Assembly (NCBI GenBank): GCA_000996035.1
Contig: LBYH01000001.1
Span: 21,676-85,675 of the forward strand
Length of the DNA: 64,000 nt
From: Parcubacteria group bacterium GW2011_GWA2_40_143
Lineage (GTDB): Bacteria; Patescibacteriota; Minisyncoccia; UBA9983
Reading direction: 5' to 3'
Below the pieces are notes generated by a model, which was given only the letters and a program-made list of their open reading frames with translations, had not been told where the DNA came from and did no database searches. The first letter of the stretch is position 1. Each line of letters opens with the position of its first letter. The position numbers and the translations under genes are program-made. This document shows positions 9,255 through 18,503 of the stretch, one piece after another.

Positions 9255-10202
9255 TTATTCCTTATATTCTTTCACATAATTATACACCTTTTCTGAAATA
9301 TCTTTAATGATTTCTTTTGCCTTTTGTTCGGTTTCATCTTTTATCATCACCGTAAGAATGTATGGACGATCCTTCTCATAAACAATACCGGAATCAAGAT
9401 ATATTTTTTTATCCTCGTCCACGCCAATCTTGTGCGAGAAGAGAATATCTTGAGGTAGACCACTTTGAATATAATTATAAAATGACGATTGCGATAAATA
9501 TGAAAGCAGTTTTTGCGAGTTATCTTCGTTGGCATAAGAAGCAGAATACAACGCTCTTACTATAACTGAATATCTTTTAGCGCTTAAACTTCCATTAGTT
9601 TCCAAGAAACTATCTAATCCTATATGACTATAAACATCTTCTATTTCTTCCATCTCAAGATTTCGTACCAAAATAAAATGCGCGGTGTTATCTGAGTCCA
9701 CCAATGAACGCTTGATTAAATCTTCTATGGTATGTGTTGTATTAGTTTTTTCTTTGTATAGAGTACCGAACTTATCGTCCTTATCCGTCGACATCAAAAC
9801 CAGTTCATTCGTCCATTTCCAATTTCCTTTTTCAATTTTTTTTGCCACCGCCATTGCAACGGGTACTTTAAGGAGCGATGCCGGGTAAAATTCAGCGTCT
9901 TTATTCATTGAAATATTGGAACCCGTTGGCAAGTATTCAAAATAAATAGAAATATTCGGATCAGCTTCGTATTTGTCATTCAAATAATCGCGAAGTGGCT
10001 GAAAATTAATAATCAAATCTTCCTGTTTAATAAATTCTCTCGCGGGATTTAATAAATTATATTTGTCTTTCACAACATCGGAAGATTTTGGCTTGAAAAA
10101 ATAAGCAAAAAAGTTGCTGGAAATCAAAATGAGAATAATAAAATACAAAAAATAATTTATTTTATTATTTTTTGTATTTATATCTTGTCTATTTCTTTTC
10201 AT
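9255..10202 (-). CDS. Membrane-anchored class A beta-lactamase-like serine hydrolase
   Basis: 315 aa with an N-terminal transmembrane helix. SxxK (ASLLK), SDN (DSDNTAHFIL, compare TEM SDNTAANLL) and a KIG in the KTG position. Confidence 0.6.
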   Translation of the reverse strand: MKRNRQDINTKNNKINYFLYFIILILISSNFFAYFFKPKSSDVVKDKYNLLNPAREFIKQEDLIINFQPLRDYLNDKYEADPNISIYFEYLPTGSNISMNKDAEFYPASLLKVPVAMAVAKKIEKGNWKWTNELVLMSTDKDDKFGTLYKEKTNTTHTIEDLIKRSLVDSDNTAHFILVRNLEMEEIEDVYSHIGLDSFLETNGSLSAKRYSVIVRALYSASYANEDNSQKLLSYLSQSSFYNYIQSGLPQDILFSHKIGVDEDKKIYLDSGIVYEKDRPYILTVMIKDETEQKAKEIIKDISEKVYNYVKEYKE

Positions 10203-10294
10203 GTCTTTTTATTATACCACTTCCAAAAAAATACGCCTGTGGAAAACCGTCCCAGCCTAAGCACCCGATATCCGGACGTCGGACCTCCAGATTA

Positions 10295-12304
10295 TTACAG
10301 TTTTATTCTCTTGAGCGTAAGGGCGTTGGCTACCACTATTACGGTGGACATGCTCATTATGATGGCGCCTATTTCCGGTCTTAAAAAAAAGCCGAGCGAG
10401 GCGAAAGCGCCAGCGGCGGCCGGAATGGCCACGACGTTGTAGCCAAGCGCCCAAATAAGATTCTGAATCATTTTGCCATAAACTTTCTTGGAAAGAATGA
10501 TTAAACGCGCCGCGTCCATGGGATTGCTGCGCGTAAGCACTACGTCGCCGGCTTCAGCCGCCACGTCCGTACCGGCGCCAATGGCTACCCCGATATCAGC
10601 TTGAGCCAGCGCTGGCGCGTCGTTTACGCCGTCGCCGACCATCATCACCACGCTGCCGTCTTCCTGAAGTTTTTTGATATATTTATATTTATCTTCCGGC
10701 AATACTTCGGCAAAATATATTTCTATACCAAGAGCTTCAGCCGCGTTTCTTGCCGTTTCTTTGTTATCGCCTGTTATCATGACGGGCTTGATGCCCATAC
10801 TCTTTATGGCTTTTACCGCCTCGTAAGATTCTGTCCTTATCTTATCGGCAAGCGCGATAAGACCGATCAATCTTCCGTCTTTTGCCACGAAAACAACCGT
10901 TTTGCTCTGCCTTAAAAAATCTTGATGCGGCTCTTTTCTCTCTTCAAGCACTTCGTTTTCCGCCATAAAACTTTTATTGCCTATCAAATATTCGCTGTTC
11001 CCCACTAAGGCTTTAACTCCCTTGCCAGCAATATTTTTAAAATCTCGGATTGACGCAAGCTCAATACTTTTTTCTCGCGCGTAATTCACTATCGCGTTTG
11101 CGATAACATGCGATGAATGTTTTTCCACCGAGGCAACAAGGCCTATAAATTGTTTCTCGTCTCCATAATCTTCCGTCAAAAGAGCAATGTCCGTTACGCC
11201 GAAACCGCCCTCCGTGAGAGTGCCGGTTTTATCAAACACGACATAGCTGGCGTTTTTTATTATTTCCAATTTGGAAAGATCTTTTATAAAAATTCCGTTT
11301 TTGGCGGCCAGAGAAGTGGCAATGGAAGTAACGGCCGGTATTGCCAAACCAAGCGCGTGCGGACAAGCTATTACCAATACCGTGATAGCTAGCGTAAAGG
11401 CAAAAACCAGCGGCTGGCCAAAAACAAAAGCCCAGATAAGCAAAGCGAGAACGGCGGCGGCGGCGGCGACAAAAGTCAAGACTCCGGCCGCTTTATCAGC
11501 CAAGCGTTGCGAAGAAGGCTTGGTTTTTTGCGCTTTGGCAATAAGATTTTTAATCTGCCCTATCGTTGAGTTTTCTCCCGCTCTGGTTATTTTTACGGTA
11601 AGCGAACCGTCCAAACAGATGGAACCGGCCACCACCTTGCTTTCCTTTTTCTTTTCAACCGGTTTTGACTCGCCGGTGATGAGCGCTTCGTTTACGTTAG
11701 CGCCGCCTTCTATCACCTCGCCATCGGCCGGCGCTTTCTCACCCGGCCTTATAAACACAATATCGCCTTCTTTAAGCGCCGATACGTCAACCTCTTCCTC
11801 CATTCCGTCTTTTATAACACGCGCCTTCTTTGGCAAAAGCTTGGCTATCTCCTCAAGCGCGTTTCCAGCCGCGGCGCCAGATCTGGCTTCCAAATAATGG
11901 CCAAACATCAACACCCAAATAAGCGTGGATATCTCAAGATAAAACTTGATCTCCAAAGCCGGCACAAAAACACCGGCAACCGAGAAGAGATAACCGGATC
12001 CCACTGCCAAAGAAACTAGCGTCATCATGCCGTATTTTCTTGTCTTTATCTCATGCCAAGCATGGCGAAAAAACACCAGACCAAACCAAAAGACAGCCGA
12101 AGCGATAATAAATTGAATATAATCATTTAAGATATAGCCCTCAAGACCGAAAATTTTAGAACCAATTCCGCTGCTTAAAAATAATGGAACAAGTAGAGCG
12201 GTAATAATCCAAAATTTGTTTAGAAATTCTTTCGCCGATCCGTGAGAAGACATGCCGCCGCCGCTTGAGTGACAGCAATGATTGTTTTTATTTTCCATGT
12301 TCAT
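10295..12304 (-). CDS. copB: Heavy-metal (copper) translocating P1B-type ATPase, CopB-like
   Basis: 669 aa. Cys/His-rich N-terminus (NNHCCHSSGGGMSSHGS), transmembrane CPH motif (VIACPHALG), DKTGTLT phosphorylation motif, MITGDN, GDGVNDAPAL. Confidence 0.9.
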   Translation of the reverse strand: MNMENKNNHCCHSSGGGMSSHGSAKEFLNKFWIITALLVPLFLSSGIGSKIFGLEGYILNDYIQFIIASAVFWFGLVFFRHAWHEIKTRKYGMMTLVSLAVGSGYLFSVAGVFVPALEIKFYLEISTLIWVLMFGHYLEARSGAAAGNALEEIAKLLPKKARVIKDGMEEEVDVSALKEGDIVFIRPGEKAPADGEVIEGGANVNEALITGESKPVEKKKESKVVAGSICLDGSLTVKITRAGENSTIGQIKNLIAKAQKTKPSSQRLADKAAGVLTFVAAAAAVLALLIWAFVFGQPLVFAFTLAITVLVIACPHALGLAIPAVTSIATSLAAKNGIFIKDLSKLEIIKNASYVVFDKTGTLTEGGFGVTDIALLTEDYGDEKQFIGLVASVEKHSSHVIANAIVNYAREKSIELASIRDFKNIAGKGVKALVGNSEYLIGNKSFMAENEVLEERKEPHQDFLRQSKTVVFVAKDGRLIGLIALADKIRTESYEAVKAIKSMGIKPVMITGDNKETARNAAEALGIEIYFAEVLPEDKYKYIKKLQEDGSVVMMVGDGVNDAPALAQADIGVAIGAGTDVAAEAGDVVLTRSNPMDAARLIILSKKVYGKMIQNLIWALGYNVVAIPAAAGAFASLGFFLRPEIGAIIMSMSTVIVVANALTLKRIKL

Positions 12305-12312
12305 ATTTTAGT

Positions 12313-12861
12313 TTAAATCTTCAAAGCGCAAACTGACGGCTTCCCAATATTTTTCGCCGCAAAATATATGGAAAAAACAAGCAAGGCAATGCTGAAAATC
12401 TTTATTTCCTGACCGCCAAACGGAAAAAAAGAAACTAACCAGCCTCCTCCAACCGAGGATAAAAGAGAGCCGAAAACAAATGTCCCGCAAGCGCCACATC
12501 CGGCTCCCAACACTCCACTGGCGATACCTCCGGCGCCGATGGCGGTCGCGTTGCCGCCAAACTTTCTTCTTTTGTCCTTTATGTAATAAATGATTATGGA
12601 AACATTAATCCCAAAAAGAACAGAAATGATCACCAGATACACCCTCGCCCATGCCGTAAAATTTGTTTTAAACGCGCCAAGCAAGTTGACGATTGTTTTT
12701 ATTTCTTCCCAAAAACTTCCATTTGACGATAATATTTCCAAAACAAGTTTCCAGTTTGGCAACAATATGGTCAAAACAACGGACGTGACGGAAACAACAA
12801 CGGCAACCGCGAGATAATGCCGGTTTCCAAGCGCTTTCTTTAAAACTTTAAAAGCTTCCAT
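12313..12861 (-). CDS. Polytopic membrane protein with a GAGCGACG cysteine motif. Possible thiol/metal-handling partner of the ATPase and DsbA.
   Basis: 182 aa with 4-5 hydrophobic helices and a CGAC motif inside a Gly-rich helix. No confident family assignment. Confidence 0.4.
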   Translation of the reverse strand: MEAFKVLKKALGNRHYLAVAVVVSVTSVVLTILLPNWKLVLEILSSNGSFWEEIKTIVNLLGAFKTNFTAWARVYLVIISVLFGINVSIIIYYIKDKRRKFGGNATAIGAGGIASGVLGAGCGACGTFVFGSLLSSVGGGWLVSFFPFGGQEIKIFSIALLVFSIYFAAKNIGKPSVCALKI

Positions 12862-12867
12862 TTAAAA

Positions 12868-13581
12868 TTATTTTTCTTCCAAAGCCAGCTTTACCAATTC
12901 TTCAACGGATGAGTAAGGCAACGCGCCATTTATGGGAAATTTTTTGCCGTTTGGGGCGATAAGAATGCTCCACGGAGTGCCTCGCCCACCGGTAGCAATA
13001 GCATTATCAACCTCATCCTGAATATGCTTATCGTATCTGCCACTCTCAAGACATTCATTGAATTTTGTTTTGTCCAAACCCATATCAGTGGCAATTTTAG
13101 GCAAAACAATATCTATGTCCGTTCTGTTGTTTGAAGGAGTAACTTCAAAAAATTTGTCCGCGAATTCCCAAAACGCTTCTTTGCCACCAAGCTCAACCGC
13201 ACACTCCGTGGCAATCGCTTCTTTGCGCGCCTTAACAGGGTGGAGTGAATCCAACGGAAAATGCCTATACACCCAAGCCACCTCACCGGACTTGCCGTAC
13301 TCATCAATTATTTTTTTCATTGTAAAATGAAAACTCTTGCAAAACGGACATTCAAAATCGGAATATTCCACTATTTTTATAGATGCGTTCGGGTTGCCGA
13401 GGATATGATCGTTGTTTGTTATCGGACTAAGCGACTCAAGCGGATCAGCCTTTTTTTCTTTGGGAAGATTTGCGGCTGAAGGAGCAGCTTTGCTTCTTGT
13501 CATAAATATGGCGCCGGCAATTATGATGGCGGCAATTATGATGGCGGTCGGCACCGACAAATTTTTTTTATTTTCTGTCAT
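12868..13581 (-). CDS. DsbA-family thiol:disulfide oxidoreductase (thioredoxin fold), membrane-anchored
   Basis: 237 aa. N-terminal transmembrane helix, CPFC active site, downstream cis-Pro GTP motif (GRGTPW). Confidence 0.8.
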   Translation of the reverse strand: MTENKKNLSVPTAIIIAAIIIAGAIFMTRSKAAPSAANLPKEKKADPLESLSPITNNDHILGNPNASIKIVEYSDFECPFCKSFHFTMKKIIDEYGKSGEVAWVYRHFPLDSLHPVKARKEAIATECAVELGGKEAFWEFADKFFEVTPSNNRTDIDIVLPKIATDMGLDKTKFNECLESGRYDKHIQDEVDNAIATGGRGTPWSILIAPNGKKFPINGALPYSSVEELVKLALEEK

Positions 13582-13780
13582 TTTTGATATATTTGGCCAA
13601 AGCGATTACTCCCAGCACCAAAAGCGCTATTACCAAAAGCATAAAAATCCAACCGAAACCCAAACCAAACCACCCCATTGAACCATAACCACCCATCATG
13701 GAAAAATGATGGTCAATCAATCCCGCTTGTTCCCCCATTCCTCCAAAATCGGCATAAGCCGTGTTTATTATTTTAATCAT
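13568..13780 (-). CDS. Small (70 aa) membrane protein with a Gly/Met-rich N-terminal segment and a C-terminal transmembrane helix
   Basis: The ORF overlaps the dsbA-like start by 14 nt. MMGGYGSMGWFGLGFGW is followed by a transmembrane helix. Coding status is unproven. Confidence 0.35.
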   Translation of the reverse strand: MIKIINTAYADFGGMGEQAGLIDHHFSMMGGYGSMGWFGLGFGWIFMLLVIALLVLGVIALAKYIKNDRK

Positions 13781-13802
13781 ATTTTTTGATTATACTATTT
13801 TT

Positions 13803-14288
13803 TTAATTTTTAATCACGTTGCCGGCAAAAGTAACTTTTATTTCCGGTGTAACCGTTGAGTTTGTTTTAAGAAAAATCTCTCTTTTTATCGGCCCAACAC
13901 CTTCCGGACCGTGAGCCATCGGATCAAAAATCGCCGTGAGTGTTTTCTCTCCGCCAGCTGGAATTATAACTTTGCCGGAACTGCCATGCATGCCAAAATT
14001 AAGATCGCCTACCACTCCTTCGGTACACATGCAGCTGGTTCCGCCAGAAAGAATAACTACGTCTGAGTCTCCAGTATTTTGAAGAACATAACCCGTTTCC
14101 ACTTTGCCGCCAAAAATATCAATATCGCCGAAATCGTAATGCGGATTTATGGCGACAACAGAAGAAGCTGAGGCTTGAGGCTCTGATTTTCTGTTTATTA
14201 TTTTTTCATCTTTATTACCAGAAAAACCGATTGCGGCTCCGATACCCAAAACAATAACCGCGATTGACAAAATTATATATTTGTTCAT
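13803..14288 (-). CDS. DUF1573-domain protein (secreted/anchored, beta-sandwich with conserved Cys pair)
   Basis: 161 aa. HYDFGDIDIFGGKVETGYVLQNTGDSDVVILSGGTSCMCTEG matches the DUF1573 signature (DFG..., N.G, SC.CT). Confidence 0.6.
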   Translation of the reverse strand: MNKYIILSIAVIVLGIGAAIGFSGNKDEKIINRKSEPQASASSVVAINPHYDFGDIDIFGGKVETGYVLQNTGDSDVVILSGGTSCMCTEGVVGDLNFGMHGSSGKVIIPAGGEKTLTAIFDPMAHGPEGVGPIKREIFLKTNSTVTPEIKVTFAGNVIKN

Positions 14289-14317
14289 GTTTTAATATTT
14301 TTTAATTTTAATAATTT

Positions 14318-15172
14318 TTATCGACCTTCTTCTATATCTACTTGTATCGTAATCTCCGCTTCTGGCGTACTCGGATCATTGGTTGGTATAAAAATGGTGC
14401 GCTTAAAAATATCTTTAGGCTCATCGTGAAAATCAGGATCAAAACGGACAATCATCTCGGCTGATTCTCCGGACGCGATTGCCGAAGACGAGATAGATGC
14501 GGAAGTGCAACTACAGCTGGTGGTAATTTTGCCTATTTCAAGCGTTTTTACGCCATCGTTTCTTACTTTAAATTTAGCTTCCACCACGCCGCCGTATTGC
14601 GGCACTAAACCGAAATCATGAAAAGTCCGGTCAAAAGATATTTTCGGATCATTCGGCGCGACATCTTCATTGCCCATGTTTTTTTGCTCTTCATAAGCAC
14701 CAGCTTCCACAAAAGGATGTCCATCCTCCAACCAATGAATCATGCCGCCAGACATACTTTTAATGTTGGTGTAACCGAGAGAACTCATAATATCATAGGC
14801 TGTTTTGCTTCTGGCGCCGCTGCGACAATAAATAATTATTTCTTTATTTTTTGCTTCTTCACCAAGACCCACTTCAGCCAATGTTTTTTCATTAAGATTC
14901 TGCACCGGCAAAAGGATCGCGTTTTGCAGATGACTTTCTTCATATTCCGCTGGCGTACGCACGTCAAGTAAAATAATATTCTCTTTATTTTTTATCTTGT
15001 TGGCGATATTTGACGGACTTATCTCATACGTTTCCAGATTATCCATATGTTCTTTTTCTTTTTTTAAATCCATTAAATCATTTTTATTTTCATTGCTGCC
15101 AGCTGAAAACAATAACGCTATTCCCGCAAAAATCATTATAACGATCCCGCCAATAATAATTTTTTTAAACAT
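14318..15172 (-). CDS. Rhodanese (sulfurtransferase) domain fused to a C-terminal DUF1573 domain, membrane-anchored
   Basis: 284 aa. N-terminal transmembrane helix, rhodanese active-site loop CRSGARS, and a C-terminal FHDFGLVPQYGGVVEAKFKVRNDGVKTLEIGKITTSCSCTSA DUF1573 signature. Confidence 0.75.
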   Translation of the reverse strand: MFKKIIIGGIVIMIFAGIALLFSAGSNENKNDLMDLKKEKEHMDNLETYEISPSNIANKIKNKENIILLDVRTPAEYEESHLQNAILLPVQNLNEKTLAEVGLGEEAKNKEIIIYCRSGARSKTAYDIMSSLGYTNIKSMSGGMIHWLEDGHPFVEAGAYEEQKNMGNEDVAPNDPKISFDRTFHDFGLVPQYGGVVEAKFKVRNDGVKTLEIGKITTSCSCTSASISSSAIASGESAEMIVRFDPDFHDEPKDIFKRTIFIPTNDPSTPEAEITIQVDIEEGR

Positions 15173-15177
15173 GTTTT

Positions 15178-15489
15178 TTATTTTTTCTTTGATAATTTAT
15201 AAACCGACAAAATTTCTTCCACAGCTTTGGATGACTTACTGCCTTTAATCTGTTCAACGACATGCGTAGCCAGATGATTCTCAAGCATAAGATCTTCCAC
15301 GGAAGAGAGCGCCTGCCGCGCGGCTTGAGTCTGCGTAATAATGTCTATGCAATACTTGTGATCTTCCACCATCTTTTGCAGACCCTTTACCTGACCTTCG
15401 GCAATTTTAAGCCGCCTTAAAACTTTCTTCTGAATATCTTTTCTCATAACAACTGTATGATACCCCCTATGGGTATTTGTGTCAAACAC
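15178..15489 (-). CDS. csoR: CsoR/RcnR/FrmR-family metal-sensing transcriptional repressor
   Basis: 103 aa. RLKIAEGQVKGLQKMVEDHKYCIDIITQTQAARQAL matches the DUF156/CsoR helix bundle. A Cys sits in the xYC motif and His residues lie downstream. Confidence 0.85.
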   Translation of the reverse strand: MFDTNTHRGYHTVVMRKDIQKKVLRRLKIAEGQVKGLQKMVEDHKYCIDIITQTQAARQALSSVEDLMLENHLATHVVEQIKGSKSSKAVEEILSVYKLSKKK

Positions 15490-15516
15490 TTGTCAAGGTC
15501 AGACCTTGGCAAGTCA

Positions 15517-17196
15517 TTACAGAAATAATCTTGCCAATCGCAGGTCTTCGTAAGAATATTTGCCGCCGAGAATTTCATAAACCGGAGCGAGTTTTGTTTC
15601 TTTCACTTTTTTGAACACCTCGCTTATTATTTTAAAATCTCTTTCTTTCGGCTTATAAGCGCTCAAGTCAAGCGCCGGATTTTTCATCTTTAATTTTTCC
15701 AAATGAGAAATTATCGTGCCCGGCGTCATTCCCCTTTTTTTGGCGATTTCCGCGAGTGGCATTTTTTCAGACACAAGCGCCAAAGTTTTTTCGCAAGTGG
15801 ATATTTTTTCCTTAAACGCCTCTTTTTTATCTTTTTTTTTAGCGGTATTTCTGGCGATTTCTTTTTCATCAATCATACCGCCGATTTTCTTCAAAAAATT
15901 TATATGCATTTCATTCATCTCTTTATCGCTAAATCGTTCCAGCACCTTTTCCCATTTTGCCGATTCGGCCAGTAAACGCGCGTCAACTTCCATCGCGCGC
16001 GGATGCATCATAAGCGCCATATCGTTAAATCCGCGAAGCGACAAGCCGGCGAAATCACGCAAACGCGACAGCGCCACGTAACCTTGTCCGGGAACAAACG
16101 CTTTAGATAGATCAATTTCCGCCGCGTCCAAACTCATCCCTTGACTTTTATGCACCGTTATCGCCCACGCCAATCTCAATGGCAACTGCTCCACTCTCGC
16201 CAAAACCTTTTCGTCTTCTTCCACCGTCCATTTCGCTAAAGTTACGCGTATCATATCGCCCGAAAATGTCCGCACAATCGGCATGCCCTCATTATCAAAG
16301 TCTTTCACTTTTCCCAGAGTGCCATTGGCATATCCTTCATCAAAAGAATTTTTTACAAACATCACCACCGCCCCCTTTTTTAAACGAAGAGTCTCCGGCG
16401 CCAATATTCCTTTTTTAAGCGATTCCACCATGCTCGCTTTTCCGCCAGCCGACATTTCATAAACGTGCGCTTTGCCTTCTAATTTTTCCAGCTCTCTTTC
16501 GTTTTCCGCGTCCACGTCAATATTGTGCGTATAAAGCCGAGTCGGAGAAACTGATTTTAAAGACGCCGAATTATTTTCACAAATTTCCGCCAATTTGTTT
16601 TTTGACGCCGGCGAAATACCACCTTGGCGCATTTCATTTAAAATCTTTTCCAATGAAGAATCTTTTTGCCTGAATTGTTCAGACAAATAACAAATACGAA
16701 CGTCCATTTTATTCCAAGCTTCAGACGAGTGGATGAAATCGGCATTTCCTCCTTCTTTTGTTATGGGAGGCAACTGAAAAAAATCACCGGACAACACTAC
16801 CTGCATCCCGCCAAACGGCTCTTCGCTTCGCTTCATCGCCCTGCATACTCTCTCCACCGAATCAAACAATCGGGAAGAAAGCATGGATACTTCATCTATG
16901 ATAAGGACTTTGGTTTTCTCAAATTTTTTATACAGATATTCTTTTTGGATAAGCCGCTCTATATCTTCATCATTTAAATCGTCTTTAATGCCGGCGCCGG
17001 ACCACGAATGAATCGTTACTCCGCCTATATGCGTAGCGGCAATACCGGTAGATGCCGTAACGGCCGCGCGCGCTCCGCGATTTTTGAGATAAGAAATATA
17101 CTCATTAAGAACATGAGTTTTTCCGCTTCCCGCCGCGCCGGTAAGATAAACATTTTTCCCCGCCTTCAATATTTTAAGAGCGTCTTTCTGCTTCAT
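15517..17196 (-). CDS. Pif1/RecD-family ATP-dependent DNA helicase with a C-terminal HTH-like domain
   Basis: 559 aa. Walker A VYLTGAAGSGKT, Walker B LIIDEVSM, Pif1-type GDFFQLPPI motif. Confidence 0.8.
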   Translation of the reverse strand: MKQKDALKILKAGKNVYLTGAAGSGKTHVLNEYISYLKNRGARAAVTASTGIAATHIGGVTIHSWSGAGIKDDLNDEDIERLIQKEYLYKKFEKTKVLIIDEVSMLSSRLFDSVERVCRAMKRSEEPFGGMQVVLSGDFFQLPPITKEGGNADFIHSSEAWNKMDVRICYLSEQFRQKDSSLEKILNEMRQGGISPASKNKLAEICENNSASLKSVSPTRLYTHNIDVDAENERELEKLEGKAHVYEMSAGGKASMVESLKKGILAPETLRLKKGAVVMFVKNSFDEGYANGTLGKVKDFDNEGMPIVRTFSGDMIRVTLAKWTVEEDEKVLARVEQLPLRLAWAITVHKSQGMSLDAAEIDLSKAFVPGQGYVALSRLRDFAGLSLRGFNDMALMMHPRAMEVDARLLAESAKWEKVLERFSDKEMNEMHINFLKKIGGMIDEKEIARNTAKKKDKKEAFKEKISTCEKTLALVSEKMPLAEIAKKRGMTPGTIISHLEKLKMKNPALDLSAYKPKERDFKIISEVFKKVKETKLAPVYEILGGKYSYEDLRLARLFL

Positions 17197-17255
17197 AAAG
17201 ATAATTATAACAGAGAGACAATTAAATGTTTATCTTCTGCAAAAACTGGAGCAAA

Positions 17256-18500
17256 TCACTCATACCTAAGCGCTTCTATGGGACTCTTGGATGCGGCTTT
17301 ACGCGCCGGATAAATACCAAAGACAAGACCTACGATAATAGAACTGCCTATCCCAAGGAGAGCGGCAAAAACCGGAAAAGAAAACGAGGCGCTAGCGCCA
17401 AGAAACCTGCCCACGGCAAAAGACGCGCCGAAAGAAAGAAGCGCTCCCAACACCACGCCAACCGTGCCGCCGATAGCGGTAAGCAGTACCGCCTCTATGA
17501 GAAATTGCAAAAGTATGTCTGTCTTGGTGGCGCCTACGGCTTTTCTTAAACCTATCTCTTTCGTTCTTTCCGTAACGGAGACGAGCATTACATTCATAAT
17601 ACCAATACCTCCCACCACCAACGCCACCGCCACCACCAGTGAAAGAAAAGCGGTGAAAGCGCCGAGAATCTTACCTACCTGTTCCACCACTCCTTGCTGC
17701 GTTTGCACATGAAAATCGTCTTTACTCGGGTCACTGATATTATGCAGCTCACGCAGTGTTTGCTCTATATCAAACACCACCCTATCTATAATGTCGGCGT
17801 TTGCCGCCTTGGCTATAATCTGCGTGTAATGCTTATCACCGGTAAGATAAAGCTGCGCCGTGGTATATGGCAGAATAAGCAAATCATCAACGTTGAAAAA
17901 AACTACTTGCCCTTTCGGTTCGTACACTCCTATCACTCTGAACTTCTTGCCTTTGATTTGAATATTTTTACCTATGCCATCTTCCGCGCCAAAAAGTTCT
18001 TTTTCCACTCGCGAGCCTATCACCGCCACCGCGGCTTTGGATCTTATTTCCCTGTCGTCATACAATCTTCCTTTTTCAAGAGTAAGATTGAGTGAGTCAG
18101 ACATAAATTCGGCTGAAATGCCCAAAATGGTAGGCTTAAATGTTTCGCTGCCGTAAGAAGCACTGGCGCTTAAAAAAACTTCCGGTGTGGCGCTTACAAT
18201 ACCCGGCACTTTGCTTTTTTTAAGTATCTCTTCAAACTCACGCTCTTTGAGAGAGTCGGAGAGAAGAACATCGGCAAATTCGTTCGGTCCGCTTGGCTCC
18301 TTGCCCGGCCTTATCACGATAGTCTCGGCGCCCAAACCACCAAGCTCACCCACGATTATTTTTTCCGTATTGCCGCCCAAAGAAGAAATAAGCATAATGG
18401 CGGTAATACCAATAAGAATACCCAGCATGGTGAGAAAAGTCCTTACTTTATTTGCTTTAAGACCCCAAACGGCAGTTTTAAAAATATCAAAAAAACTCAT
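17256..18500 (-). CDS. ABC transporter permease, MacB/FtsX family
   Basis: 414 aa. N-terminal transmembrane helix, large periplasmic domain, C-terminal FtsX-like 3-helix bundle. Confidence 0.85.
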   Translation of the reverse strand: MSFFDIFKTAVWGLKANKVRTFLTMLGILIGITAIMLISSLGGNTEKIIVGELGGLGAETIVIRPGKEPSGPNEFADVLLSDSLKEREFEEILKKSKVPGIVSATPEVFLSASASYGSETFKPTILGISAEFMSDSLNLTLEKGRLYDDREIRSKAAVAVIGSRVEKELFGAEDGIGKNIQIKGKKFRVIGVYEPKGQVVFFNVDDLLILPYTTAQLYLTGDKHYTQIIAKAANADIIDRVVFDIEQTLRELHNISDPSKDDFHVQTQQGVVEQVGKILGAFTAFLSLVVAVALVVGGIGIMNVMLVSVTERTKEIGLRKAVGATKTDILLQFLIEAVLLTAIGGTVGVVLGALLSFGASFAVGRFLGASASFSFPVFAALLGIGSSIIVGLVFGIYPARKAASKSPIEALRYE

Positions 18501-18503
18501 GAA

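Noticed and set aside
12308-12499. 63-aa ORF overlapping the 182-aa membrane protein gene in another frame
   Set aside because: Fully contained in the longer, hydrophobic-helix-encoding ORF, so a frame artefact.
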